A DNA stretch of 63,552 nt, filler included, from Candidatus Hydrogenedentota bacterium (lineage in GTDB: Bacteria; JBFMHD01): NCBI GenBank assembly GCA_040752395.1. It is 7 parts of 7 records of this genome, joined end to end, with 100 filler letters (N's around TTAATTAATTAA, not from the genome) between each part and the next. Parts side by side here need not be neighbours in the genome. Positions count along the whole stretch, not along the records: positions 1 to 7,044 come from JBFMHD010000144.1; positions 7,145 to 14,162 come from JBFMHD010000145.1; 5 more parts are not named here. One strand, 5' to 3'. A model generated the notes under the pieces. The model did not search any database and was not told where the DNA came from. It worked only from the letters and a program-made list of their open reading frames with translations. Positions 1-10,486 of this stretch are shown here, in pieces (positions within the stretch are counted from its first letter, which is position 1; each line of letters begins with the position of its first letter). Made by a program: the position numbers and the translations under genes.

Positions 1-3000
1 CATCTATCGATGCAGAGCCAATGTTCCCGGCACCATCCTTACACCGAACCGTTATCGTATGTTCTCCTTCCACTAAACCCAAACCCCCAACCCCTAACCC
101 CTGTATTATTATATACTCTCCATCATCAATTTTATACGCAGTCTCTGCTACACCTGTAAGATTATCTGTTACATTGATTGTAAACTCTGTCTGGGATGTA
201 ACATAAGTCGGATTCGAACCGTACTTCGGATCGCCGATATTAATTGAGATTACAGGCGGAGTTAAGTCTATCACAAACGATACTGTTTCACTGGTCTGGT
301 TTCCAGCCTGGTCAGTTGCTGTGATTATCTCGATATATTCTCCTTCTTCGGTATACGGACTGTTATCCCCTGTGATTATTATATCATCTACTGCACTGAA
401 GTTATCTGATACACTAATCTCCAGTGTCACAGCTTGATTTGTGGGTGTTGTTAGAGGTGCGATGCTCAATACTGGTGGAGTCTTATCAATCAAAAATGTC
501 ACCGAATCACTACCAACATTTCCTGCCTGGTCCTCTGCAGTTATCACCGCTGTGTGATACCCCTCTTCAGTAAAGAACGTGTCCCCAATTGTAATCAGGT
601 CTTCAACAACAGTGTAATTATCACTCATTAAATAAGTTACTATAACGTCAGTATTGAGTTTTGCATCTTCGAGAGGATATATGATATCTACAATCGGTGG
701 AGTAAAATCAAGTTTTATTGTAATTGTTTTTGTTTCTTCCACATTCCCGAGTAAATCCGTAGAATAATAACTGACATAACTTATACCCTCATTACTAATT
801 GAAATATTATTGCCAATGCCTGATTGATTAACTGAACCGGCTACTATATACTCAGTTTTAGCCACCCCAACACCACGACTTGAGTCTGGAAGAACTTTAT
901 CATTTGCAGTTAAAGTTATATATGCAGGCTGATTTATCCAAATATCGCTATATTGATAATCGTCGATGGTAACTGGTGGAGAATTATCTACAAAAACTGA
1001 GATGCTGTTTACTTTCTCTATATTTCCTACTAAATCTAGGCTGTAAAATTCTATGATGTTCTTTCCTTCAAACGAAAGAGTAAATGGTATAATATATTTT
1101 TCAAATACTGTATTCTGAATCCTGAATAGTGTCTCCTTAACTCCTAATCCTTTACCATCTCCTACCTCCATAAGATCATCAACAGCATCTAATAAAAATT
1201 GCGAGCTGGATGTTACATATAAATTATTAACCTGCGGTTGACCGATATAAATATTTGTTCGTGGTGGCAAAACATCGTGAATTACACTGAATACGTCTGA
1301 TGTCACAAGCGAAATGTTCCCAACTTTATCTTTTGCGTGAATTTGTAATATATAATCTTTTGCTGGTATATCTGTTGCCTTTATAATCATACCAGGTTGG
1401 ACCTCTATAATTACATCTTTCCCTATAAGATATGCAAGATATGTTAATCCTGATGGATAGTTATCCTCTACACTGAATTGTATAAATATATTGTCTCCTG
1501 GATAAAAAGTTTCCCCTCCAATAGGATAAATTAAATCTATTAATGGTGGCTGTGTATCTATTACAAAATTCACTCTCACTGTGGTTTGGTCTCCATAAAC
1601 AGGGTCAGTCACAGTTAAAATCTCATCATAATAACCTGTTGCATAATACGGGCTATGATCACCTGTAATCACAGCATTCGGAATCAGTATCTCTCCTCGC
1701 ATAATTTGATAACTCAAGACTACTGGCCCTCTTGTAGGACTTGATATTGGTACTAAATCAATACTCAATGGTGCAGGTGGTTCGATTAAATACATAACCT
1801 CTTGTTTTTTAGAGTATTGACTTATATTACCTTTATTATCTACTGCATAGGCATATACACTATATTTTTCGTCTTCTAATGGTAGAACAGCTATTGTTGT
1901 AAATCGGCCACTTCTATCTGCTATTACTGTATCACAAATTATTTGTTCTCCATCCTCTTTCTCAATAATTGTTACTACATTCATCCCTTCCTCTGCTGAA
2001 CCTTTTATTGTTAGGTGTGAACTATTTACATAAGAAGGTAACATATCAAGTTCTGGAGCATACACCGGTATATTCCGAATCCAGTTCAAACCATCTGATA
2101 TATCCATTCCAACAAATCTACCATCACTTGCTATAACTTTAAAATAATATGTGCCATCGGGTATTTGTGTAGTATCTAATAAATACTGGGTTGTTGATAT
2201 TCCAGCTGCTAACAAATAGAACCGTCCTGTTTTCGAGTGACCGTAATACAAACTATAAGTTAAATCATCATTATCAGCATCCACAGCAACCCAGGAAACC
2301 AAAATAACACCAGATAATCTCTCATTCCCATTCGGATAAATAAGTCTTACCTCAGGTGGCACATTCGGTAAAATACTTCCATAAACTGTGTCACCAGTAA
2401 GGTCTTTACTATTATATGCCCAGACTGTAAAACCCACAGGCCCTATTGTTTTGGCATCCCAATAATTTGCATACAAACCATCATTTTCATAACCATCACT
2501 ATGTAAACCATCGTCATATAATACCAGTGAATCTTCTCCGGTATTAAATACCGCCAGTACAATATCTGTATGATACTCACCCTGAGGTATCCCGGTATTA
2601 TCTGTTACCCTTGCACTTATTAATATGTTTGAACACTTCCTTATCTCAAAATTTGGTTTGGGATTTAGTATCACTACCTGCAATGTATCAGCGATGCTAT
2701 ATACGTACGGGAGTTTCCAGGCAGCCTGCAGAGCTTGTTCATAAGTATCTCCTGGCATAATAATTTTAAAAGTGTGTCCTTCACCTGCGGGACATGGACC
2801 CGGCGCTGGAAATTCGGGCCACTCTGGCGGAGGACCATAAGGCGGTGGAGGTATACGCCAGCCAAACCGTGTCCTTGTACTTGAGACGTAATGGCCGGGA
2901 TTAGCTTCTGGTGAAGTTATTATTTGTAAAACATTCCATCTTGAACCAGTCCAATTGTACCAGCCAAGGTCTATTTGTGGACCGGGAACATTATATTGTA

Positions 3001-5890
3001 GTATTGTTCCTGGTAACTCGTTAGCTGAGATTATTTTATCTAAAGCTGGTATATAATTACCATTAAGATAATATCTTACCCTATGTCCACCAGGTAACGC
3101 TATCCTGATTTGAGTTATTAATCTACGCTGGTCTACATCTGTAGAATCAAAACCCGGCGGAATATTAAAACCCATTGTTATATTACGTCGATTAATGCAG
3201 TACCAATCTCTTACATGAGCATAAACCCACGGGTCGTCCAGTTCAACTAACCATAATGGTTTATCAAGTATCCATTGTTCTTTTATCTCTCTGCTTATAC
3301 GAGCATTCATACCGTCAAGCGTAACCAATGCCTCAACAAACCACGAACCACTTATCTCTGTTATCCCGGAGTTCAAATATTGTGGTACTACATAGAACTC
3401 AAATTCTTCTCCTTGTCCAATTAAACCATGATTCATTTGCGGGCTAAATATTATTTCACCTGCCAGATCATCACCAATCCGTAATCTGACATCTGTCATT
3501 GTATCACCATGATTCATAATTTTGTATTTCCGTATACCGCTCACTGGTTCCTCTGATATTAAAATTATATCAAAATTTATATTGGGTCGTCGAACCATTA
3601 CATTTAGTTCACCTCGATAACACATCACCTGGTTTGTTTTCATACTTAATATCTCAACAGGAATTGTATAAACATCTCTCTGGCTATCCTGTGAATGGAT
3701 TATTAAAGTAACATCTTGTGATTGTCCGGAGTCCAGATAACCTGTTGTATCTATCCCATCACCTATGAACCCAACTAAAATATCACCTGGCAATCCAAAA
3801 ACAGGTAAAAGTTTAAATTCGTGTGGCTCGTTATCAAGATTCTTTAATGTTAAAATTACCTCCTGTGCATAATCCCGATTAATGGTTATAAATCTCTTTG
3901 CAGGTAAAAACACTATACCCGATGCATCGATAACAACGGTCTCTCCCTGTACAACTTGATGAGATATATTCCCAAAGTTTGTAACTCCTTCCCAATAAAA
4001 TCTACCTACCCCATCTCCAGTGTATTCATCAATTTTTAATACGCCTTCCCATACAAGTTCATCTTCTGTTTTATGTAAAACTATTTCAAAACTATCACCA
4101 TCTTCTGTAATCAGCCATAACCGTGAGTTTGCTATGGCTTTATCAGTAATCAAAGTTATACAATGCTCGCCTTTACAAAACGGGGTATCCTGTGGCAAGT
4201 TTATAATAGCTTCTGGTAATAAATCAATAAGCATAGTCTCTCCACTTATTATCTTATTTCCATAGGTTCCATCAATGCTATAAGCTTCCCAGATAAATCG
4301 TCCAACACCACCATCAAGTTCTTTTGTAACACTTAATGTTGCCTCAAAATTTATCTTATCACCCGATGGATTAGTAAGCTGTAGTTCTATAGTTTTGCCT
4401 GTAGCAGATTGGAACTTCAGACTTGATGTCTCAACCATAGTATTCGCCTGAACCATTATCTGTACATCCATAGTTTTAGTGATTGATGATAAAGGTATAG
4501 TGTTGATAACTGCTTCTGGCTCCGTAATCGAATTTAATTGAACTCTCACACTGTAAATCCGTGGTATCAATAAATCGCTGTCACTTTCAATTCTTAATCT
4601 GTATTGGAAATAATTTCCTATCAAAGTCGTATCAGGTGTACAACCGTTGCTCAAAGGTATCCAATCACTCCAGTCATACAAAGAAAAGTCAATCTTATTA
4701 CCCATTTGGTCTGTCTGTGTGAAAGGATTATTATAATATGGGTCTGCCATATATCTATTGTGAGAACAAAAACCTATCCAGCGCCAGGGACCTACCTCCC
4801 ATTTCCATGCTTTTATAACTGCTGGTTTCCCTTTAAACTCACTCACATTCCATATATTATTAAAATATGGATTATAATTTGGATTATTGGTATAATTTCG
4901 TGGACAGTATCTTTCATAAATTCCATCATTCCCTACATCTAAGACTACATCGTTATACCCATTAACTATGCCCCTATATGGAAACCTTATCTCATCTCCA
5001 TAAATAATAAAGGTATCTGTCCACATGTAACCCGTATGATAATCTTCGATTGGTTGTGTATAATGAATATTAAAACTGCTCCATCCCCATGAACCGCTCA
5101 CATTCCAATCCATAAATGTCTGTTTAACATTAAAAACAGATGTCCCGCTTCTCGCTTCAATAGAAACATTTATACCTGGTATATCATTCCATTCACAATC
5201 AACCCTGGTTAATTTCATTAAACCAGTATCAACCCCAAAAATTTCTGAATGAAACTCTCCATAATTATATCGTAGATTTAATTTATTGCCGGATGAATTG
5301 GCTTGATAAAATGGTTCAATATTGAAATTATTTGAAAACCCTATCCATCTCCAAGGCCCCACGTCCTGTTTCCATCCAATTATTCTTGCGGTTCTCCCTT
5401 TATATTGACTTACGTTCCATATATTTGTCAGCCACGGATGGTGCGAAGTAGTCCAGCTCCTTAAACAATATCTTTCATAGGTACCATTAACATCTACATC
5501 AAGAACAACATCATTTGTACCAGTAACCCTTCCCCTGAATGGAAACCTGATTTGATCACCATAAATTATAAAAGTATCAGAATACCATATCCCTCTCTCA
5601 TAATCAAATGACGGGTTACTATATTGACCATCAAAACTTTTAGTAGACCAATAGCCACTATATGTCCATACAAAATGTCTTCTACTATTTAAGGTCAAAT
5701 AACCATCCCCAGGGTCAATATAATAATGAAATCCATCCCCTTGAACCCAGTCATTATATGTCTGCCACAAATACTGGATGGTTTCTCCATCTGAACCAGT
5801 AGTTATTGTTACTGCTGATAACGCTGAGGTTAAAAATTGCATCTCAAATATTAGAAACAGAATAACAAATGCAAAATATCTTTTACTCAG
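1..5890 (-). CDS. Giant secreted/surface protein (at least 1963 codons, 3' end outside window): signal peptide, duplicated N-terminal domain, choice-of-anchor-X-like motif, many Ig-like DxTPP/DxAGN repeats
   Basis: Manual translation of the minus frame gives LSKRYFAFVILFLIFEMQFLTSALSA-VTITTGSDGETIQYLWQ at the start, ITSPEANPGHY near 2920, LYDDGLHSDGYENDGLYANYW near 2460-2520 and TITVRCKDGAGNIGSASID at the window edge, all in the same frame. It is absent from the ORF track, consistent with no stop codon inside the window. GAGG lies upstream of CTG 5890, which overlaps the FkbM TGA. Confidence 0.9.
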   Translation of the reverse strand, partial: MSKRYFAFVILFLIFEMQFLTSALSAVTITTGSDGETIQYLWQTYNDWVQGDGFHYYIDPGDGYLTLNSRRHFVWTYSGYWSTKSFDGQYSNPSFDYERGIWYSDTFIIYGDQIRFPFRGRVTGTNDVVLDVDVNGTYERYCLRSWTTSHHPWLTNIWNVSQYKGRTARIIGWKQDVGPWRWIGFSNNFNIEPFYQANSSGNKLNLRYNYGEFHSEIFGVDTGLMKLTRVDCEWNDIPGINVSIEARSGTSVFNVKQTFMDWNVSGSWGWSSFNIHYTQPIEDYHTGYMWTDTFIIYGDEIRFPYRGIVNGYNDVVLDVGNDGIYERYCPRNYTNNPNYNPYFNNIWNVSEFKGKPAVIKAWKWEVGPWRWIGFCSHNRYMADPYYNNPFTQTDQMGNKIDFSLYDWSDWIPLSNGCTPDTTLIGNYFQYRLRIESDSDLLIPRIYSVRVQLNSITEPEAVINTIPLSSITKTMDVQIMVQANTMVETSSLKFQSATGKTIELQLTNPSGDKINFEATLSVTKELDGGVGRFIWEAYSIDGTYGNKIISGETMLIDLLPEAIINLPQDTPFCKGEHCITLITDKAIANSRLWLITEDGDSFEIVLHKTEDELVWEGVLKIDEYTGDGVGRFYWEGVTNFGNISHQVVQGETVVIDASGIVFLPAKRFITINRDYAQEVILTLKNLDNEPHEFKLLPVFGLPGDILVGFIGDGIDTTGYLDSGQSQDVTLIIHSQDSQRDVYTIPVEILSMKTNQVMCYRGELNVMVRRPNINFDIILISEEPVSGIRKYKIMNHGDTMTDVRLRIGDDLAGEIIFSPQMNHGLIGQGEEFEFYVVPQYLNSGITEISGSWFVEALVTLDGMNARISREIKEQWILDKPLWLVELDDPWVYAHVRDWYCINRRNITMGFNIPPGFDSTDVDQRRLITQIRIALPGGHRVRYYLNGNYIPALDKIISANELPGTILQYNVPGPQIDLGWYNWTGSRWNVLQIITSPEANPGHYVSSTRTRFGWRIPPPPYGPPPEWPEFPAPGPCPAGEGHTFKIIMPGDTYEQALQAAWKLPYVYSIADTLQVVILNPKPNFEIRKCSNILISARVTDNTGIPQGEYHTDIVLAVFNTGEDSLVLYDDGLHSDGYENDGLYANYWDAKTIGPVGFTVWAYNSKDLTGDTVYGSILPNVPPEVRLIYPNGNERLSGVILVSWVAVDADNDDLTYSLYYGHSKTGRFYLLAAGISTTQYLLDTTQIPDGTYYFKVIASDGRFVGMDISDGLNWIRNIPVYAPELDMLPSYVNSSHLTIKGSAEEGMNVVTIIEKEDGEQIICDTVIADRSGRFTTIAVLPLEDEKYSVYAYAVDNKGNISQYSKKQEVMYLIEPPAPLSIDLVPISSPTRGPVVLSYQIMRGEILIPNAVITGDHSPYYATGYYDEILTVTDPVYGDQTTVRVNFVIDTQPPLIDLIYPIGGETFYPGDNIFIQFSVEDNYPSGLTYLAYLIGKDVIIEVQPGMIIKATDIPAKDYILQIHAKDKVGNISLVTSDVFSVIHDVLPPRTNIYIGQPQVNNLYVTSSSQFLLDAVDDLMEVGDGKGLGVKETLFRIQNTVFEKYIIPFTLSFEGKNIIEFYSLDLVGNIEKVNSISVFVDNSPPVTIDDYQYSDIWINQPAYITLTANDKVLPDSSRGVGVAKTEYIVAGSVNQSGIGNNISISNEGISYVSYYSTDLLGNVEETKTITIKLDFTPPIVDIIYPLEDAKLNTDVIVTYLMSDNYTVVEDLITIGDTFFTEEGYHTAVITAEDQAGNVGSDSVTFLIDKTPPVLSIAPLTTPTNQAVTLEISVSDNFSAVDDIIITGDNSPYTEEGEYIEIITATDQAGNQTSETVSFVIDLTPPVISINIGDPKYGSNPTYVTSQTEFTINVTDNLTGVAETAYKIDDGEYIIIQGLGVGGLGLVEGEHTITVRCKDGAGNIGSASID

Positions 5891-6963
5891 AGATAATATA
5901 CCTCTTTAGGGATGGCATATAACACTGTTTCTATCTGTATAGGCGAGTAATGTCCAATGCGGAGAATATAATCCTGTAATAGTTCAGATAGTTTAAGTGG
6001 TATTACATACATATCTTCTTTACTGTGATATATACAAACTGCCAGTTGTGGACGCTGCTCAGTTAATGTTTTATACGAACCTTCAATCACTTGGCGTTCA
6101 GCACCCTCAGTATCAATTTTTATAAAATCAATCTTTATCCCTTCTTTTCTAACGAATTCATCTAATGTTATTGTTTCTATATCGATTGTTTTTTGTGAAG
6201 GGATCGACTCTTCTACTATCTTGGATACCATATATCCTACTGCTAACTTCATATTTTTAGATTCATTCCATAATGCAAGAGGGTATACCTTTACGTTGTC
6301 AAGAACTGATAATTCAGAATAAAACTTACCTGCTTTATACATATCAAAATGAGGTTCGAATCCATAAATGTATTTTATATTGGGTAACTTATCTAAAAAT
6401 TTCATTATCTCCAACCCATCTCCAACACCTGCATCAATTATTGTATGTATAGTCCGGGCATTGATAAATTCCATATATTGTTTTGGATCATTCCAACTAT
6501 ATAGCTTAAAAAACATTGATTTATCACTACAAATTCTACGATGGTTCATTAACATCTCATATAACTGCTTATCTGAATTATCGAGTAGAATGTCTTTTAC
6601 TTTTTTAATATAGGTACTGACTTTCTTGAATTCTTCCTCAGTATAGCTATCAAAGAAAGTAGGATTAACAACATTATAATTATTAATATTGTGTTTATCG
6701 AGGTTTGCTGCGATTTGCCAGAATTCAAATGATGTTATTAAAATACGGTCGATCTCACTTTTTCTATTATGAAGTTCTGTAAAAGAGACAATTTCTTTTC
6801 CACAGAATGTACCCTTTTTATAGGTATCTACAAAGTAAATCACATTAACATCAGGACGATATTGCTTGAGTATATCCAGAAATATTTTACCTACACCGCC
6901 AGCACCATACAGACAAATCCTATCATTTTTTGTCAACTCATTCAGTGAATTCAAAAAATTCAT
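5887..6963 (-). CDS. FkbM-family SAM-dependent methyltransferase
   Basis: IIDAGVGDG, YGFEP, ITLDEF, IDFIKIDTEGAE and LAVCIYH motifs; N-terminal YGAGGVG. Confidence 0.9.
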   Translation of the reverse strand: MNFLNSLNELTKNDRICLYGAGGVGKIFLDILKQYRPDVNVIYFVDTYKKGTFCGKEIVSFTELHNRKSEIDRILITSFEFWQIAANLDKHNINNYNVVNPTFFDSYTEEEFKKVSTYIKKVKDILLDNSDKQLYEMLMNHRRICSDKSMFFKLYSWNDPKQYMEFINARTIHTIIDAGVGDGLEIMKFLDKLPNIKYIYGFEPHFDMYKAGKFYSELSVLDNVKVYPLALWNESKNMKLAVGYMVSKIVEESIPSQKTIDIETITLDEFVRKEGIKIDFIKIDTEGAERQVIEGSYKTLTEQRPQLAVCIYHSKEDMYVIPLKLSELLQDYILRIGHYSPIQIETVLYAIPKEVYYL

Positions 6964-7044
6964 ATTTACGCTTTCATCTGTGCTAATGCTACTCTTTCAG
7001 CCATAGCACTCACTCTCTCGAGTATCGCACTTATCTTGGTCATA

Positions 7045-7144
7045 NNNNNNNNNNNNNNNNNNNNNNNNNNNNNNNNNNNNNNNNNNNNTTAATTAATTAA
7101 NNNNNNNNNNNNNNNNNNNNNNNNNNNNNNNNNNNNNNNNNNNN
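7045..7144. other. Artificial contig linker (N run, TTAATTAATTAA, N run)
   Basis: N runs around a stop-in-all-frames spacer; same structure at five other sites. Confidence 0.99.
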
Positions 7145-7868
7145 TTATGCCGATGTTGCCATTTTTATCAACAGAAACTTCAACACACACCTTTGATTTA
7201 CTGTCCCATCTAAGATGCGCCTCAATCTCTTTCCCTGTATCTTCTTCTACAAAATAAGATTCTATCCCGTATCTTAATGAGACCTCTTTTTTATCCGTAA
7301 CAACCGAGATTATAGTACCCTCAATATAATTTTCTATCTCGAAACTATTATATACGTTTTTATAAAGAACAATTCCGTCAATTATAGAGGGATCAGATTG
7401 TTCTGGCAAAACATAAACAGTGTCATTGACTCGACCTTTTATCCAGTCGTAACCAAAACATTTGTATTCTGAGATGTAGAAAGTGTCAGTGACAGGATAT
7501 TTTATTTTATATACTAACGTGGTCAGTATTTTTTGAATCTCGGCCTTTATAAAGAGTTCGTTTTCTGGTTTTTCTTTATAAATACCTGTTGCGATCCAGT
7601 AGGTATCAGATTTCTGTAATGTTACATAGACCGTCTCTTTTCGTTTGAATGAAGGATCATCGCATTTAATATCTGCAAGATTTATGTTAGAGATTTTATA
7701 ATTGAGACGGACATAATCTCCTCTAAACATATCTCGCGGGTCAAGAGGAACACTCTCAAGCAAAATACGTTCACCTGTTTTTAAAGTATATAGTTTCATC
7801 CCGATCATTGAAACTAAAATGATAATCTGAAAAAGAATGGCTATACAAAATTTAATTCTTTGATTCAT
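7145..7868 (-). CDS. GDYXXLXY-domain membrane-anchored protein (3' end cut by contig end)
   Basis: N-terminal TM, PLDPRDMFRGDYVRLNY, YGIESYFVEE. Confidence 0.85.
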
Positions 7869-7874
7869 AAATTA

Positions 7875-8789
7875 CTAACAGCTTTTTTTAAAATTTTTCT
7901 TCTATACTTTTCAAGTGATACGCCACCTACCAAAAGTAATAAACCACCCGCAATGAAAAATAAAGAACGTGGCAATAAATCATAAAAGACATCGACCTTT
8001 AAATCTCGACTGAATTGTGCCAAAAAGATAAATAAAAATCCCTAAAAACAGTAATATAAGAGGGACGGTAAAAAATCGGACAGCGTGATAAGATGTAGTC
8101 TCTGACTCAAACCATCTATAAGGGGCTATCAGAAAAAAGAATACTATACCACCTAAAGTAAAAAACAGACTTGTTCTTGATAGCATTTTATAAGTAAGTG
8201 GCAAGACGATAACTAATCCCCAGAAGAAATAGTGGTATTTAACAGTGCTGTAATCTATACACTCTATACCTAACCATAGTGTAAAAAGAAAAGAAGTAAG
8301 ACACAAAACAGGGTTCGAAAGAGTTATATATACAAGCGGAATAAGACCGATCGCCCACCATAGAACACCATCAGGATAATGCACACTGATATTAAATATC
8401 TGTGCTATAAGCCAGATACCTGAACCGTAGAACATAGCACCTAAAAGTAAAAGAGCTGTACCTGTTTTAGGATAGTTACCTTTAACGAATTTAAGAAAAT
8501 ATCCGAGTGCATATACAGAGATTATTGCTCCAAAGATTAAGATGAGTTTAATAGGTTTTGAGATAGCAGACCAGTTAGCAGCAAAAAAGAGTATTACTCC
8601 AAGTCCTACGAGAATAGAACCAAGGATTGAAAATACAGAAATGAGTTTTCCGCTTTTATCTTTTTCAGCTTCAGATGAGGGAATTGTTTCGGGATATAAA
8701 GATAGAATTTTTTCACTCTGTTCTTTTGAAATAAGTCCGCCACTTAACCATTTCTTAATCTCTTCTTCAAGAATAAACCTTGGTATCAT
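7875..8789 (-). pseudogene. DUF2157-type membrane protein, apparently internally deleted and frameshifted
   Basis: WLSGGLISKEQ and GVILFFAANW N-terminus; the ORF stops at 7980, but a typical C-terminus (DLLPRSLFFIAGGLLLLVGGVSLEKYRRK) continues in another frame to 7875. Confidence 0.7.
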
Positions 8790-8791
8790 AT

Positions 8792-9211
8792 TTAGAACTC
8801 TTTTAGGGCTTGTTCGAACAATGCTATCAGATGTTCTACCCGTTTTATGTAATTATGAGCCGTATCTTTATCATACAATTCTAATAATGGAGTAAAGTCT
8901 TCTTCATCGCCATAAAACGCTTGACTTCTTTCCTGGGATAGTTCTTTTGATAGATCAGAAATCTCATCAAGTTCTTTCTGCCAGGAAGAAGGGAGCCTGT
9001 TTTTATAGGCTCGAATAGTATCCGCGACATCATGAATTAAAGGTGGGTCTATCCCAAGTTTTCGCAGCATCCCTTTTAAGATTAGTTCTACAATTTCCTG
9101 GCACTCTCTGACAACATCATCATAAGCATCACGGCTGAATAATAATCTTACAGCTTCTATCCTGTTTTTAACTTTTCTTAAATATTCTTTTGCTAATAAT
9201 TCGCCATTCAT
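8792..9211 (-). CDS. HEPN domain protein (MNT-HEPN TA pair)
   Basis: VRECQEIVELILKG, HDV, ERSQAFYG; overlaps the upstream MNT gene. Confidence 0.85.
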   Translation of the reverse strand: MNGELLAKEYLRKVKNRIEAVRLLFSRDAYDDVVRECQEIVELILKGMLRKLGIDPPLIHDVADTIRAYKNRLPSSWQKELDEISDLSKELSQERSQAFYGDEEDFTPLLELYDKDTAHNYIKRVEHLIALFEQALKEF

Positions 9212-9681
9212 ATTACTACCCGCATACTGGTTTTATATTTATCATCGGGGATAAGTACCCAATATTCATTACCCATAGGGTCAGTCTGTTTATAACTTCC
9301 CAATTCTTTAAGTCTATGCTGAATTTTTTTTATTATTTTGCTAAAAAAGTCTTCACGGTCATAAATTATTTTAAATCCATCCAGAGCTCCTAAATAAAAT
9401 GGCTTTATACTATAAGACCTTTCAGTCGGTAATAAAATAAAAGAGGCGTATCTCATAAGTTCAGCATATTTTTTAAGATATGGTAAAAGAAATTTAAACC
9501 GTGCAGGTTTTAATACCGGGAAATTATCGGAAATTATTATGACATCAAGGTCGCTTTCTGGCTCGTTATTTCCTTTTACACGCGAGCCGATTAATACTAT
9601 ACTTTTTAAAGCATCCCCCCAATACAATTTTAAGTCTTCTTTTAATAGTATCATCTCCGAGAATAATATCTCATTCTTCAT
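9208..9681 (-). CDS. Minimal nucleotidyltransferase (MNT antitoxin)
   Basis: LIGSRVKG...ESDLDVII motif. Confidence 0.85.
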   Translation of the reverse strand: MKNEILFSEMILLKEDLKLYWGDALKSIVLIGSRVKGNNEPESDLDVIIISDNFPVLKPARFKFLLPYLKKYAELMRYASFILLPTERSYSIKPFYLGALDGFKIIYDREDFFSKIIKKIQHRLKELGSYKQTDPMGNEYWVLIPDDKYKTSMRVVI

Positions 9682-9865
9682 AGCGCTTTTATTATACTTT
9701 AATTAATATAGTGTTGTAAAGTTATAATATTTAAAAATATAATTTCAGATAGATGAATTTTTTAATTACGTCATTCGGTAAAATGTATGATAATGAAATA
9801 TTTTTGTTGCTTTTTTAATGACAATTCTGTAGTGTTTAAAAAATTTGAGAGATAAAGGAGTAAGA

Positions 9866-10471
9866 GTGAACTACATAATTTATCCAAACGTTGAAATAGG
9901 CAAGAATTGTGAGATAGGTGACTATGTAGTTATCGGTGTAAAAACAAGAACACAAAAAGATAAAGATGTTAAAACTATCATATCAGATAATAGTATAATC
10001 AGGTCGCATACTGTTATATACGCTGGTAACATCATAGGTGAAAATTTTCAGACAGGTCATTTCGTGCTCATAAGAGAGAATAATAAAATAGGGAAAAATG
10101 TATCCATAGGTTCCGGGTCCGATATAGAGTATGAAGTGATAATAGAAGATGATGTAAGGATACATTCTAAAGTGTTCATACCCGAATATTCAATATTAAA
10201 GAAGGGTTGCTGGGTGGGTCCTAATGTAGTTTTTACAAATGCAAAGTATCCTCGCTCAAAACATGTTAAAGAGAATCTGGTTGGACCAATAATAGAAGAA
10301 TCTGCTAAGATCGGTGCTAATGTTACTTTGCTACCCGCGATACGGATTGGCAAATATTCGCTTATTGGTGCCGGCAGTGTCGTTACAAAAGACGTGCCAG
10401 CATACACCGTTGTCTGTGGTAACCCCGCTAAAGTAGTAAAACGCATAGACGAGATTGAGGAATATAAATAA
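9866..10471 (+). CDS. Hexapeptide-repeat sugar N-acetyltransferase
   Basis: Left-handed beta-helix repeats, GPNVVFTN, IGAGSVVTKDVP...GNPAK; GTG start after AAGGAG. Confidence 0.88.
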   Translation: MNYIIYPNVEIGKNCEIGDYVVIGVKTRTQKDKDVKTIISDNSIIRSHTVIYAGNIIGENFQTGHFVLIRENNKIGKNVSIGSGSDIEYEVIIEDDVRIHSKVFIPEYSILKKGCWVGPNVVFTNAKYPRSKHVKENLVGPIIEESAKIGANVTLLPAIRIGKYSLIGAGSVVTKDVPAYTVVCGNPAKVVKRIDEIEEYK

Positions 10472-10486
10472 AAGACAGGAGTTATA

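Noticed and set aside
21-4942. Short ORFs at 21, 2674, 4020 and 4604
   Set aside because: Shadow or alternate-frame ORFs of the giant minus-strand gene
1-5886. Possible alternative genetic code or non-coding desert
   Set aside because: The region reads as a standard-code ORF that runs off the window; other genes use TAA, TAG and TGA as stops normally
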